A stretch of DNA of 64,000 nt from an uncultured Clostridium sp. (GCA_964388545.1 CAYMAV010000001.1:6272-70271), one strand, 5' to 3'; positions 1 to 9,878 are shown, numbered from the stretch's first letter. Notes: generated from the letters alone by a model not told the origin. A program made the numbers and translations.

Positions 1-3000
1 TAGTATCAACTACTAAATTCCCTCCAACAGTACTTTGAGTAAAATTAGTTCTTACATTAAGATAAATATTATCACCTAGATAAACATTATTACTTAAAAG
101 ACTAGAGTTAAGTTCCAAAATCGGATCCTTATTAGTATAGATATTATATATTAATTGTTGTTGCTGAATTCCTATTACCGAAGTTATTATTTGATTATCC
201 GAACTTCTTAACTCCAAAATCATCATCTTGTTGATAACATCCTCATTTATTCCGGCATTCTTAAAATCAAAGATAAATATAAACTCTTCTTCAGCATAAG
301 TATTCTTCCAATATATTTGATTTTTCACCGCATCATCATAATTATTTGTTTGCGTAGTGCTTCCCATTTTTATAAATTTAGATAATTTATAGGCAGCATC
401 TCCATGATCAGCTATTTCAACTCCTTTATCAATATAATCTTGGGCGGTTACAACATAGTAATAGTATTCTGGAAGTGAACCCTCTCGAAGGTCGATCATC
501 GTAATTTTTGTGTTTTCTGGTAAATTATATGTTGAAGATAACACACGATGATACCCTGGTTTATAAATAGTTGTATCTGCTTCTGCATATAAAGAATAAT
601 AAGTTGAAAAACTACTAGTTGAGGTAATATTTACAAGGCTTGTTGGAAACATCTCATATTTTTTACCAGAAGAAATTGTACCCTCATACTCATTACTTTG
701 ATATAATGCTCTATTTAAAGTTACATTTATATTAATTCTTTTAACCTCATTATTTAAATCATCAATTGGAATAATAGCAACTAACGAAATAACTCCTGTT
801 CCCATTTCACCAGATGTTTGTAAGTTTTTGGAGTGATATAAATAAAATAATAAAGTTGGAACCCCGCTTGAATTTTCTTTTTTATAGTTAATACTTCCAC
901 TTATTCTTTCTTCATTTGTTAAAAAAGTTGTTCTACTGTCAGTTACCCATCCTGTATCACTGCTTTCCATTACAAGACTCATAATCCTATCAGCATCCGC
1001 TGAGTTATCGGCTACTCTTGGAATATTTTCTTTTTCAACCAAATTAATATCACTATTAATGCCATCATAATTAAAATTTAAAATTGAAAAAGCAGTATTT
1101 GGATTGGAAAAATTAATTAATGGTAGTTCATAAATACCTAAAGTCGAATATTTAGATGCGGTTAATGTTATATCAAAAGATGCAACTTGTTCACCTATCG
1201 CCCAAATATAGTAGTTAGAATCCTCAGGAGTAGGCTCTACAAAATCAACATAAATTCTATCTGGGTCATTTTTATCATTAAAGACACTATAAAAACCATC
1301 GACCTCATAATTATGATTAATTTTATGAAGACCTAAAACATAACTACCTTTATCAAAATATAAAAGATCTTGGGAAGGCACGATGCTATCATTATTGTAA
1401 TTTGTTTTATAAATTGCCGTATAAACCTTACCATCTCGATCATAACCATACATTCCGAAGAAAGTCATACCAACAACCTCACCATAGGCAGTTATATTTT
1501 CATTAGTTGCAATATTAATATTTTTTCCACCATAGACAAAAAGTTTATTATTAACGTTTCTTGTTACATTTCCATTATCGTCTATTGTTATTATCTCTGG
1601 AGTTTCCAGATTATTTACAATAACCGAACTAGTAAATTTTTTTAACAGATTTGTTCCTGTTTCTAAATATAAAACCGAATTATTAGTTAATTTTAAGCTA
1701 TCAACCCTACTTATTGAAAAAAGCACATCCGAATACTCGTTAGTTCTGTCGGTTGCACCATTAAGCTCAATTACCGAATTACTTAAAGTAACATTTTGAG
1801 CCCTTTGAATTGAAACATTCTTTTTATAATTTGCTTCTGTTCCATAATTTTTTATTAAAATATTGCTATAACCACTAGTACTTGATGCATTTCCGCTACC
1901 AAAAATCGAACCATTAATATTAAATACGGAATGACTTTCGGCATCGATTTTTATATTAATTCCTACCGTTACCGAAATAAAAGTAAAGTCATAAACTTCC
2001 GATCCAGAAGCATTTGCCTCTCCTCCGCCAAATACCGTCCCTCCGATATTTATATTTCCTCTTTTTAACAAGTTATTAATTAAGGTATTAGCTCCAATAT
2101 TTACATTAGCAACTCCATATAAAACCGAAGTATTAGCTCCTCCATAAACATTTCCACCACAAGTAAGACCTGCGATATTTACAACACTTGAAGAATTATT
2201 TAAATCTTCTCTTCCCGTTACTGCAGCATTCCCGCCACCAAAAATATGATTAGTTACTGTTGTTACACCATCGACATTTAAAGTAGTATTTCCATATACC
2301 GTAGCACTTTGACCATTACCTCCACCATAAACACTATGACCGATAATAGAATCCGTAATATGAAGAATAATATTTCCTCTTACTTCTCCTAAGTTTCCGC
2401 CACCATAAATAGAATTTGTTATTCTTGTGTTTTCAACTTTTACATCGACATTATTTTCAACAAACGACTGATTTCCACCACCAAAAACCGATCCACTTAC
2501 ATCGGCATTTCCAACATTTAAATTTACTCTGCTAGTTGGCGCATTATTTCCACCGCCATAAATATCCTTTATATTTCCATAATCGATATTTAAAATAGCA
2601 TTACTTGTTATACCGCCTTGATTATTTCCACCATAAATATAAGTTATATTTGGTTTGTTAGTTGATACCTCAACATTTACATTAGCAGTTGTAACATCTC
2701 CTGCTCTATTAGAGCCACCAAATAAATTTTGAATTTTTACTCCACCTCTAACAATTACATTAGAAGTTGTAACAGAAGCTTCGTTTCCTCCGCCATAAAC
2801 ATTAATAATAGTACCAGTATTCTTTTGTAATATTACATTACTTGTTGTACTATTAGCGTGATTTCCACCACCAAATATATTCGAAATTAATCCTCCATTT
2901 ATCAAGAGATTTGAGCTCTGAGTTAAACCACCATAATTGTTACCACCATAGATATTTGTAAAAGTACCATTAACTGTTTCAATATTAGAACTAACAACCG

Positions 3001-6000
3001 TTCCACTTTGATTAGATCCTCCATAAGTTGTATTAACTATTCCACCCAACAATCTAATATTTGAGCTTTCCGTAATTCCGGCTTGATTTCCTCCACCATA
3101 GATTTCTCCAACAGTTCCAGAGTTCATAACAACATTAGATTTTCTAACATTGGCAAGATTTCCACCACCATAAACAGTGTTTATATTAGTACCACCATTA
3201 ATAACTACATTAGTCTCATCAGATATAGCTTCGTTTCCTCCGCCATAAACTAAAGGAACTTCTCCACCATTTAAAGTAACATAGGAAAGCAAAGTTGTAC
3301 CACCTAGGTTATTACCGCCATAAATCTGATTAGCTTTTCCACTTGTAGTTATAATATTAGAAGCATTAACTGTTCCACTTTCATTAGACCCCCCATATAT
3401 TTTATCAATTGTCGAACCTTTTAAATTAACATTTGTTGTCGTTGCATCTGATCTATTACATCCACCAAAGGCATTAGTTGATACTCCACCATTTAAATTA
3501 ACAGTAGCCGTATTAATAGGTGCATAATTTCCTCCACCATAAAGATTGTTTACTGTTCCACCATTTAAATTTACAGTTATCGTTCCATTAGGTGTACCTT
3601 TAACATCGTTCGCTCCCAACGCGTTATTAACTGTTCCTCCATTAATATTTACCGTAACATTTCCCAAAACATATGGAGTTGTATTTTGATCTCCTTCGCC
3701 ACCACCAAATAAAGCTCCTTCTACGGTTCCTTTATTCATATTTACGGTTGTTGTGTAAGGACTTACATTGCTGTTTGCAACAGTTCCATTAACTACTCCT
3801 AAAGCACTTCCACCATAAACTCTATTTACAATTGGACTTGCTGGATAATTAACATCCCCAATATTAACAACAACATTTTCACTAACAAAAGTACCAGAGT
3901 TTGTTCCCGATACTCCACCTTTTCCACCACCATAGATGCTACCTGCAACTATACCGCCATTAATATCTAAATTAGTACTTCCATGTATTGTTCCACTAAA
4001 ATTACTTCCGCCATAGATACTACCTAAAACATTTCCATCAAGCATTTTAATATATATTTGAGATTTTTTGCTAGTACTTCCCGAACCATTTCTATTTCCA
4101 CCACCATAAATATCTTGGGAAATTGTTCCTCCTAATACATTAATTTTACTTTGAGTTGTTGTTTGACTACCACTTATACCAGTAGCACCAAAATTTCCAC
4201 CACCGTAAACAGAATTTAAAACATTAGCATCTTCATCGATTATTACAAAGGAATTATAAGCTGTCCCAATTGTCGAATACCCATTTCTTCCATTTCCAAT
4301 ACCAAAAACATTACCAGCTGTTGCACCATATAAAGTAAGATTAGCTGCAACAACATCAGGATCTCCTACCATTACATTACCACCAACATAAATAAATGGA
4401 TTGCCTCTTAATGTTCCATCTCCCTCAGAACCAGTATAAGCATTACTTCCACCAAATACATTGTAATTGATCTTACCACCAGTTAATTGAATTATCCTGT
4501 TACCATAGGTTGCTGTAAGTCCTGCTCCTCCAAATACTGCATCGATATTTCCTCCCATTATATAGATATAACTATCATTTAGATTTTCGCGACTAGAATC
4601 CGTTAAAGGTCCTGCTATTAAATTATAGATATAACCACCTTCAACACGACCCATTCTTGATGTGTAATGAGTCCCAGCGTATCTCCCACCGATATAAATT
4701 CCAAAACTATAATCCGTTTTTAATGTTCCAAAACTTCCGCTTTTTACAACAGTATTAAAAGAACTAACATCATTGTTAGAATAATAGTTTCCACTCCAAG
4801 ATCCACCAGCACAAAAATAAAATGTAAGATTAGAATTGTTTTGAGTTATCCTGTCATAGTCATTTCCATAAATACCTTTAGCAAGAACATAATTAGTTGT
4901 TGTACTCCAGGAAGTTGATGCACCATTTGTTAATGATAATGAACTATAGGGTCCACTTTCTACTATCAATTTATACTTTTTAGGATTACTACTACTTCCC
5001 ATACTGCTGTTAGTCCCACCAATAATTGACCTAAAAGCAACGCGAGTTGAACCGCCCGCAGTTATTCCTCTTCCAAGCTTTAGATTATATCCATTACCAT
5101 AAATTGATCTTGTGGTACTAGTAGAACTAGATGGATTATATTCTCCTCCATATGAAGCTGAATAAATATTAATATTTTCTATTCTAACATCGCTATACAA
5201 GTTAACCGCACGGCTACTTATTGTCCATGTCGCCCCACTTACACTACCATTATTTAAAGTAGTTAAAGTAAATGGTTTTGTATTACTATTCCATGTATAG
5301 CTATTATTACTATTCATAACAACGATATTGGTATCTCTAGTAACTAGATAATAATAATCTTTATAGATATCTAAATAATTAGCATTCCCTGCTTGATCTG
5401 CGTATTGAATTAATCTATATAAAGTACATCCGGTTGAGGAATTACAAGTCCCCGACATCAAATTTCCCTGATTATCATATAAACCCGTTATACTTGAATA
5501 CCTTGGAATAATAACCTGCTCATAATAGCCTGACATAACAAAATTATTATTAAAATCATTATGATATGTAATGCTATCTATTTCAAAAACTATCGTATTA
5601 ATGTTAAGCGGTGTCATACCAGTTGCTACTAGATAATAATAATTTGATGATGGTGTTACACCATAATATAGATACTCGGTTTCTGGGGGATTTAGGCTAT
5701 AATAGGTACATCCACCCCAAGAATTACAATAGCAACTGCTTCCTTGCAAACTCCCATAATAATCATAATAACCACTACAACTAGAATTTCTAGGAACAGT
5801 TACTTGTTTATAATATCCCACTAAATCATAAGGTTTATAATTAATAGTATGAGTGTTAATCTTAACCATACTTATATTTTTTAATCCGTTTAAAGCATTA
5901 TTCCAAGACGATGAATTATTAGTTGTTATATAAGAAGTCGTAGCCTCAGTCCAACTAGCATAAAAGTTTACTATCGTAGCATCCGGTATATCCCCATCGT

Positions 6001-6571
6001 AGGTGATGGGAATCTTGGCAAACCTTTCATAGTAAATATTATCAAAGGATATTTCACCATTAGTATAATTTGTATACCAACCATTAAAAGCTTTATTAGA
6101 TGGTCTATTAGAAAAAGGATTATCGATTAACTCTATTAAGATATAATCATCCTCTTTATTAGTGGGAGTACCATTATTATTAACTAGAAAATAATTATAA
6201 TAAACATATAGATATTGAGATTCCGTATTAGATACATATCCTTTTAATCCGTTATTAATATCTTCACCACTATAAATAACCTTAGTCTCAACTAAGTTAA
6301 ATTCATTATAAATATTTTGGTTTTCTCCACTTGGAAGAGCGTTATAGGTAGTAGTTGTATAATTTAGACCTTTATAATAGTTTAGATCTCTTTCTGAATC
6401 ATTAATATAAATTGTCTCTCCAACAATACCAGAAGCTTCTTTTTGCAGTTTAGAGACAAATTCCCCGTGGCTTTTTAAAAAAGTTGAGAGTGCTATTGCT
6501 AGAAACAAAAAAGACAAAAAGAAAAAAACTACTTTTTTTAATTTGATAAGTTCTATTCTTTTTATCTTCAT
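1..6571 (-). CDS. Giant secreted/surface repeat protein (N-terminal >=2190 aa; C-terminus beyond window start). Signal peptide followed by a Cys-rich duplicated module, then >35 tandem ~25-aa YGGGN beta-solenoid-type repeats, then a non-repeat C-terminal region.
   Basis: Minus-strand ATG at 6571-6569 preceded by RBS GAGGGG (revcomp of 6576-6581). Translation begins MKIKRIELIKLKKVVFFFLSFLFLAIALSTFLKS. The frame stays open through position 2. Repeat signature is visible on the + strand as recurring ccaccaccataaa / ccgccataaa about every 75 bp between ~1900 and ~4900. Absent from the ORF track because there is no stop codon in the window. Confidence 0.7.
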   Translation of the reverse strand, partial: MKIKRIELIKLKKVVFFFLSFLFLAIALSTFLKSHGEFVSKLQKEASGIVGETIYINDSERDLNYYKGLNYTTTTYNALPSGENQNIYNEFNLVETKVIYSGEDINNGLKGYVSNTESQYLYVYYNYFLVNNNGTPTNKEDDYILIELIDNPFSNRPSNKAFNGWYTNYTNGEISFDNIYYERFAKIPITYDGDIPDATIVNFYASWTEATTSYITTNNSSSWNNALNGLKNISMVKINTHTINYKPYDLVGYYKQVTVPRNSSCSGYYDYYGSLQGSSCYCNSWGGCTYYSLNPPETEYLYYGVTPSSNYYYLVATGMTPLNINTIVFEIDSITYHNDFNNNFVMSGYYEQVIIPRYSSITGLYDNQGNLMSGTCNSSTGCTLYRLIQYADQAGNANYLDIYKDYYYLVTRDTNIVVMNSNNSYTWNSNTKPFTLTTLNNGSVSGATWTISSRAVNLYSDVRIENINIYSASYGGEYNPSSSTSTTRSIYGNGYNLKLGRGITAGGSTRVAFRSIIGGTNSSMGSSSNPKKYKLIVESGPYSSLSLTNGASTSWSTTTNYVLAKGIYGNDYDRITQNNSNLTFYFCAGGSWSGNYYSNNDVSSFNTVVKSGSFGTLKTDYSFGIYIGGRYAGTHYTSRMGRVEGGYIYNLIAGPLTDSSRENLNDSYIYIMGGNIDAVFGGAGLTATYGNRIIQLTGGKINYNVFGGSNAYTGSEGDGTLRGNPFIYVGGNVMVGDPDVVAANLTLYGATAGNVFGIGNGRNGYSTIGTAYNSFVIIDEDANVLNSVYGGGNFGATGISGSQTTTQSKINVLGGTISQDIYGGGNRNGSGSTSKKSQIYIKMLDGNVLGSIYGGSNFSGTIHGSTNLDINGGIVAGSIYGGGKGGVSGTNSGTFVSENVVVNIGDVNYPASPIVNRVYGGSALGVVNGTVANSNVSPYTTTVNMNKGTVEGALFGGGEGDQNTTPYVLGNVTVNINGGTVNNALGANDVKGTPNGTITVNLNGGTVNNLYGGGNYAPINTATVNLNGGVSTNAFGGCNRSDATTTNVNLKGSTIDKIYGGSNESGTVNASNIITTSGKANQIYGGNNLGGTTLLSYVTLNGGEVPLVYGGGNEAISDETNVVINGGTNINTVYGGGNLANVRKSNVVMNSGTVGEIYGGGNQAGITESSNIRLLGGIVNTTYGGSNQSGTVVSSNIETVNGTFTNIYGGNNYGGLTQSSNLLINGGLISNIFGGGNHANSTTSNVILQKNTGTIINVYGGGNEASVTTSNVIVRGGVKIQNLFGGSNRAGDVTTANVNVEVSTNKPNITYIYGGNNQGGITSNAILNIDYGNIKDIYGGGNNAPTSRVNLNVGNADVSGSVFGGGNQSFVENNVDVKVENTRITNSIYGGGNLGEVRGNIILHITDSIIGHSVYGGGNGQSATVYGNTTLNVDGVTTVTNHIFGGGNAAVTGREDLNNSSSVVNIAGLTCGGNVYGGANTSVLYGVANVNIGANTLINNLLKRGNINIGGTVFGGGEANASGSEVYDFTFISVTVGINIKIDAESHSVFNINGSIFGSGNASSTSGYSNILIKNYGTEANYKKNVSIQRAQNVTLSNSVIELNGATDRTNEYSDVLFSISRVDSLKLTNNSVLYLETGTNLLKKFTSSVIVNNLETPEIITIDDNGNVTRNVNNKLFVYGGKNINIATNENITAYGEVVGMTFFGMYGYDRDGKVYTAIYKTNYNNDSIVPSQDLLYFDKGSYVLGLHKINHNYEVDGFYSVFNDKNDPDRIYVDFVEPTPEDSNYYIWAIGEQVASFDITLTASKYSTLGIYELPLINFSNPNTAFSILNFNYDGINSDINLVEKENIPRVADNSADADRIMSLVMESSDTGWVTDSRTTFLTNEERISGSINYKKENSSGVPTLLFYLYHSKNLQTSGEMGTGVISLVAIIPIDDLNNEVKRININVTLNRALYQSNEYEGTISSGKKYEMFPTSLVNITSTSSFSTYYSLYAEADTTIYKPGYHRVLSSTYNLPENTKITMIDLREGSLPEYYYYVVTAQDYIDKGVEIADHGDAAYKLSKFIKMGSTTQTNNYDDAVKNQIYWKNTYAEEEFIFIFDFKNAGINEDVINKMMILELRSSDNQIITSVIGIQQQQLIYNIYTNKDPILELNSSLLSNNVYLGDNIYLNVRTNFTQSTVGGNLVVDT

Positions 6572-6582
6572 ATTAATCCCCT

Positions 6583-7584
6583 CTATGCTGGATTTATTGT
6601 AAATTGTAAATTAAATACAATGTCATCAAAGGATGCTCCATCTTCGCAGTCAACATCCTGTCCTTCAATCCACATATATATTCTTACTTTTGTTATTCCT
6701 TGTTGTAATCTAAATATTTGTTTAAATTGATCAAAATTCTTTTCAGTATAATAATCAATATTTACTCTTTTAAAATAATTTGGATATTTAGTTTGATTAG
6801 CATCTTTTACATTTACACCAATATCCTTAGTAAATGCGCTTATTAGTCCATCATATGGAATTTGTGGTCCATTAGTATTAGGAATAGTAATTCCGTAGAC
6901 ACTTTGAGCATGTGCTACTGCTGCATCGGTATGAACATCATAATTAGGTTCCCAAATATAAGTAGTAGCAGGAGTTGCTCCCTTAAGAGCTTGTACAACG
7001 GCTGGATTAGTACCTATCGGACGAGTTCCTTGTATCAAATAGGCAACTCTTGTAGAAGCTGCTATTCCTTTTTCTGAATTAGTATCCATATAGACAACAT
7101 TTGAATTAGTACTCATATAAATATCAATATCGTTAAAAGTTCTAAAGAATAGATCAAAAGCGATAAACTTACCAATACTAGTACTCCCATGACTTTCAGT
7201 TTCAATATTTCTTGTCGATGTTAAAATATTATTTCCATCTTCATCGCTTTCCGCTGTACCATAATACATTTTTAGAAAACCAGTAGTTGCATCTATTTCT
7301 TTTCCAGTTGATACCGGCTCCATTCGATCAGGAATTTGATTTGTACTTCCTAGATAACCTTGATCTCTAGCTGAAATTATATCTTCAGGATCTACTACCG
7401 TTGTCCAATTTATCGCATTTGATGATATTTCTATACCACCCGATGCCTCGACATGAATATTAATGCTTCTGATAGTTACAATTCTATTATGAGTAAACCA
7501 AGCATAAGTCGAGGTCGAAAGCATAATCGCCGTAAGTAACAATAAAAATATAAAAAAGTATACTCTTCTTTTATTAATCATCAT
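6583..7584 (-). CDS. TasA/camelysin-like secreted protein (SipW-cognate-type signal peptide)
   Basis: N-terminus MMINKRRVYFFIFLLLLTAIMLSTSTYAWFTHN resembles the TasA/CalY signal region (GTWAAFND / GTFAFFSD). C-terminal segment NLQFTINPA resembles the TasA-family C-terminal (L/I)(Q/E)(F/W)(S/T)F motif. Lies 12 bp upstream of the giant gene on the same strand. Confidence 0.55.
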   Translation of the reverse strand: MMINKRRVYFFIFLLLLTAIMLSTSTYAWFTHNRIVTIRSINIHVEASGGIEISSNAINWTTVVDPEDIISARDQGYLGSTNQIPDRMEPVSTGKEIDATTGFLKMYYGTAESDEDGNNILTSTRNIETESHGSTSIGKFIAFDLFFRTFNDIDIYMSTNSNVVYMDTNSEKGIAASTRVAYLIQGTRPIGTNPAVVQALKGATPATTYIWEPNYDVHTDAAVAHAQSVYGITIPNTNGPQIPYDGLISAFTKDIGVNVKDANQTKYPNYFKRVNIDYYTEKNFDQFKQIFRLQQGITKVRIYMWIEGQDVDCEDGASFDDIVFNLQFTINPA

Positions 7585-7590
7585 TACCTC

Positions 7591-8298
7591 CTATTTATTT
7601 TCTATATGCTCTTCTTTAATATTCATATGAAGTTTAATTTCTCCACCGATAATTGCGTTAACACAATCCGGATCATCACCTTCAAGCCATATTACAATTG
7701 TAAACTTATCAACATCATTAGGTTTAAAATCCTTCCTACTTTCTAATATTGCTATATCATCATCTTTTTCGTAAAACGGCTTTGTCTCTGGTTCTGGTTC
7801 TTTAGTATGACTATTAATCTTGGCATACACAGTTCTTTCTCCATTATGATAAACCATAATACGAACTGCTTCATCAACATTTTTAATGACATCATCTATT
7901 ATGATTTCATACCAGTAATTAATTATTCTTTTACCATCGTTTTCAACGTAAAAAGTATAGGCAATATAGTTTTGACCATTATGAGATCCATCTTTTTCGT
8001 TATGTATATCTTTAGGTAACCACTTAATTGATATATTATCCATAAACTTTATCTCATCCGCATATAATCTTCTTTTAGAGTCTCTAGCCTCGCTATTATC
8101 ATATAAAACAATACCTGATTCTAGTGCTAGATTATTATCAAGGGTAATTACAAAACGACCACCCTTATAAATAATCGACAAAACTATAAAAGTTAAAGTC
8201 ATTAAAACAAAGATTATTAAACCTATTCTTTTAGTTCTTTTTAATCTTTTTTTTCTATTATAAACTTTATCTGCTGTTACTATTATTTCCTTAGCCAT
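7591..8298 (-). CDS. Membrane-anchored paralog of the TasA-like protein (type II anchor; shares the C-terminal W(I/L)EGxDxDC motif)
   Basis: Basic N-terminus KRLKRTKR followed by a TM helix IGLIIFVLMTLTFIVLSIIY. C-terminal IVIWLEGDDPDCVNAIIGGEIKLHMNI parallels YMWIEGQDVDCEDGASFDDIVFNLQFTI in the 6583..7584 protein. 7-bp gap to the next gene. Confidence 0.55.
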   Translation of the reverse strand: MAKEIIVTADKVYNRKKRLKRTKRIGLIIFVLMTLTFIVLSIIYKGGRFVITLDNNLALESGIVLYDNSEARDSKRRLYADEIKFMDNISIKWLPKDIHNEKDGSHNGQNYIAYTFYVENDGKRIINYWYEIIIDDVIKNVDEAVRIMVYHNGERTVYAKINSHTKEPEPETKPFYEKDDDIAILESRKDFKPNDVDKFTIVIWLEGDDPDCVNAIIGGEIKLHMNIKEEHIENK

Positions 8299-8386
8299 TT
8301 ATCATTAATATCCTTTACTATATATGTCAAATTTTACCATATTAAAGTGCATTTTACAATAAAACTGATACATTGAAAAAGTAAAC

Positions 8387-8420
8387 TTGAAATATTTTAC
8401 AATTATTATATTATTAAAAT
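8387..8420 (+). promoter_or_regulatory. Putative sigma-A promoter for the CPBP protease gene
   Basis: TTGAAA at 8387-8392, 17-nt spacer, TATTAT/ATTATT -10 in the divergent intergenic region. RBS AAAGGA lies before the ATG at 8437. Confidence 0.35.
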
Positions 8421-8436
8421 AGAAAGGAATATATAA

Positions 8437-9753
8437 ATGAAAAAAATATCAAAAACTATATCATTTAGTTTCCTGTTTATTATAATACTTATGTTTTTAC
8501 AAATTTTAACAGGAATAGCTACTAATAGTATATTATCTTTACCTAGAGGTATAGATATAATAGCACAAGCTTTTATGAGTGTATTTACGCTAGTAATACT
8601 ATTGCTTTTTGGAAATTCATATGTTTTCAAACAAGAAAAAGAAAAAACAAGAAAAGGTTTATTTTATGGTTTATTCTTTATAATTACTCTTATTCTTATA
8701 ACAATAGCAAATAGTAAAGGATTTTCTTATATACCATCTGTAATTAACCTTTTAATATTTTCGTTTTTGGTTGGTCTTTCAGAAGAGTTATTATGTAGAG
8801 GGTTTTTACTTAATGAACTATTAGAAAAATTCGGTCAAACAAAAAAAGGAATATGGTTTTCTATAGTATTTAGTGGATTCCTTTTTGGTATTATACATAT
8901 TACTAATGTACTTGGTGGAGAACAAGATTTAATTTCTACTATAATCCAAGTAATAAGTGCTACTTCGGCAGGAATGGCATTTGGAATAATTTACTTTAAA
9001 ACTAAAAATATATGGTCATTAATAATATTACATGCTCTATGGGACTTTGCTATATTTCTTGGAGATTTAGTTCCAACAATGGAAATATTTGAAAAAGTTG
9101 TTGTAACATCACCACTTGTTTATCTAAGTTCAATATTAATGTTTGTTGCTAACTTGACTGTTGTAATGCCCTTTGTAAAAAATATTGATGAAGAGCCTAA
9201 AAAGAAAAAAATCGTTATTTGGAGCATAGTAGGAGTTTTACTTGTTTTTGCTGCAGGTATTATTGGTAACATTGATGCTAAACAAGGTCAAAAATATGTA
9301 TTCTATGAAAAGGAAATAAAAGACTTCTCAATTACTACTGTATATAAAGAAAAGCATTTGGTGAGCAATGAAAATGCCACAATTAGTTTATCTTTTAAAG
9401 ATTTTGAACTAACTCTTAAAAACGAAAAAACTAATTATTCTAAAAAATTAGATGTCAAGAATTTAAATAATTATACTGTCGTTGAAAAAGAAAGTAGCTG
9501 CATCATAGCATTCACAAATTCTGTTGATGGTAATTATTATTTAAATTATTATGAAATAAATAAAGTCGATTTAAACGATAGTAATGAATTAATTGACTCA
9601 ATAGAAAAAGGATTTAATAAACATTTATTAAAAAATTCTGGAACACAATTAAATGCGTTAAAAGATGAAAACAATAAATTATATTTACATATTGTTGATT
9701 ATGATTATAACAATTATATATTAGATGATAACAAATTATATATTCTAAAATAA
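8437..9753 (+). CDS. CPBP family (CAAX/Abi) intramembrane metalloprotease with a C-terminal extracytoplasmic extension
   Basis: Three CPBP motifs: LSEELLCRGF (EExxxR), FGIIHITN (FxxxH) and LHALWDF (HxxxD/N-type). Multiple TM helices. About 150 aa of soluble C-terminal extension. Confidence 0.8.
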   Translation: MKKISKTISFSFLFIIILMFLQILTGIATNSILSLPRGIDIIAQAFMSVFTLVILLLFGNSYVFKQEKEKTRKGLFYGLFFIITLILITIANSKGFSYIPSVINLLIFSFLVGLSEELLCRGFLLNELLEKFGQTKKGIWFSIVFSGFLFGIIHITNVLGGEQDLISTIIQVISATSAGMAFGIIYFKTKNIWSLIILHALWDFAIFLGDLVPTMEIFEKVVVTSPLVYLSSILMFVANLTVVMPFVKNIDEEPKKKKIVIWSIVGVLLVFAAGIIGNIDAKQGQKYVFYEKEIKDFSITTVYKEKHLVSNENATISLSFKDFELTLKNEKTNYSKKLDVKNLNNYTVVEKESSCIIAFTNSVDGNYYLNYYEINKVDLNDSNELIDSIEKGFNKHLLKNSGTQLNALKDENNKLYLHIVDYDYNNYILDDNKLYILK

Positions 9754-9759
9754 AATTTA

Positions 9760-9790
9760 AAGCATATATTACTATATATGCTTTTTCTAT
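9760..9790 (+). terminator. Rho-independent terminator
   Basis: Perfect 10-bp stem AAGCATATAT / ATATATGCTT with loop TACT, followed by TTTTCT. Confidence 0.5.
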
Positions 9791-9878
9791 GTCAAATTTT
9801 ACTATCATGCTATTTTTTATTATTTAATTTAAATATATTAAAAAAATATTATGCTATACTTAAAATGAGGAGATACCA

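Noticed and set aside
1370-1645. ORF-track entries on the + strand inside the giant minus-strand gene (1370..1645, also 6862..7077, 7807..8019)
   Set aside because: Low-complexity Ile/Asn/Ser-rich translations fully contained in strongly supported minus-strand genes. These are antisense artefacts of the AT-rich repeat DNA.
1900-4900. Periodic ~75-bp DNA repeats (ccaccaccataaa...) that could be taken for a CRISPR array or minisatellite
   Set aside because: Periodicity is imperfect and the region is in one continuous open frame. It encodes the YGGGN protein repeats. There are no spacer/repeat alternation or cas genes.
8299-8436. Searched for IS elements, integrases or phage genes that could explain the accessory regions
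   Set aside because: No transposase, integrase or recombinase-like ORF and no inverted terminal repeats recognised anywhere in the window. tRNA genes are the only mobility-associated landmarks.
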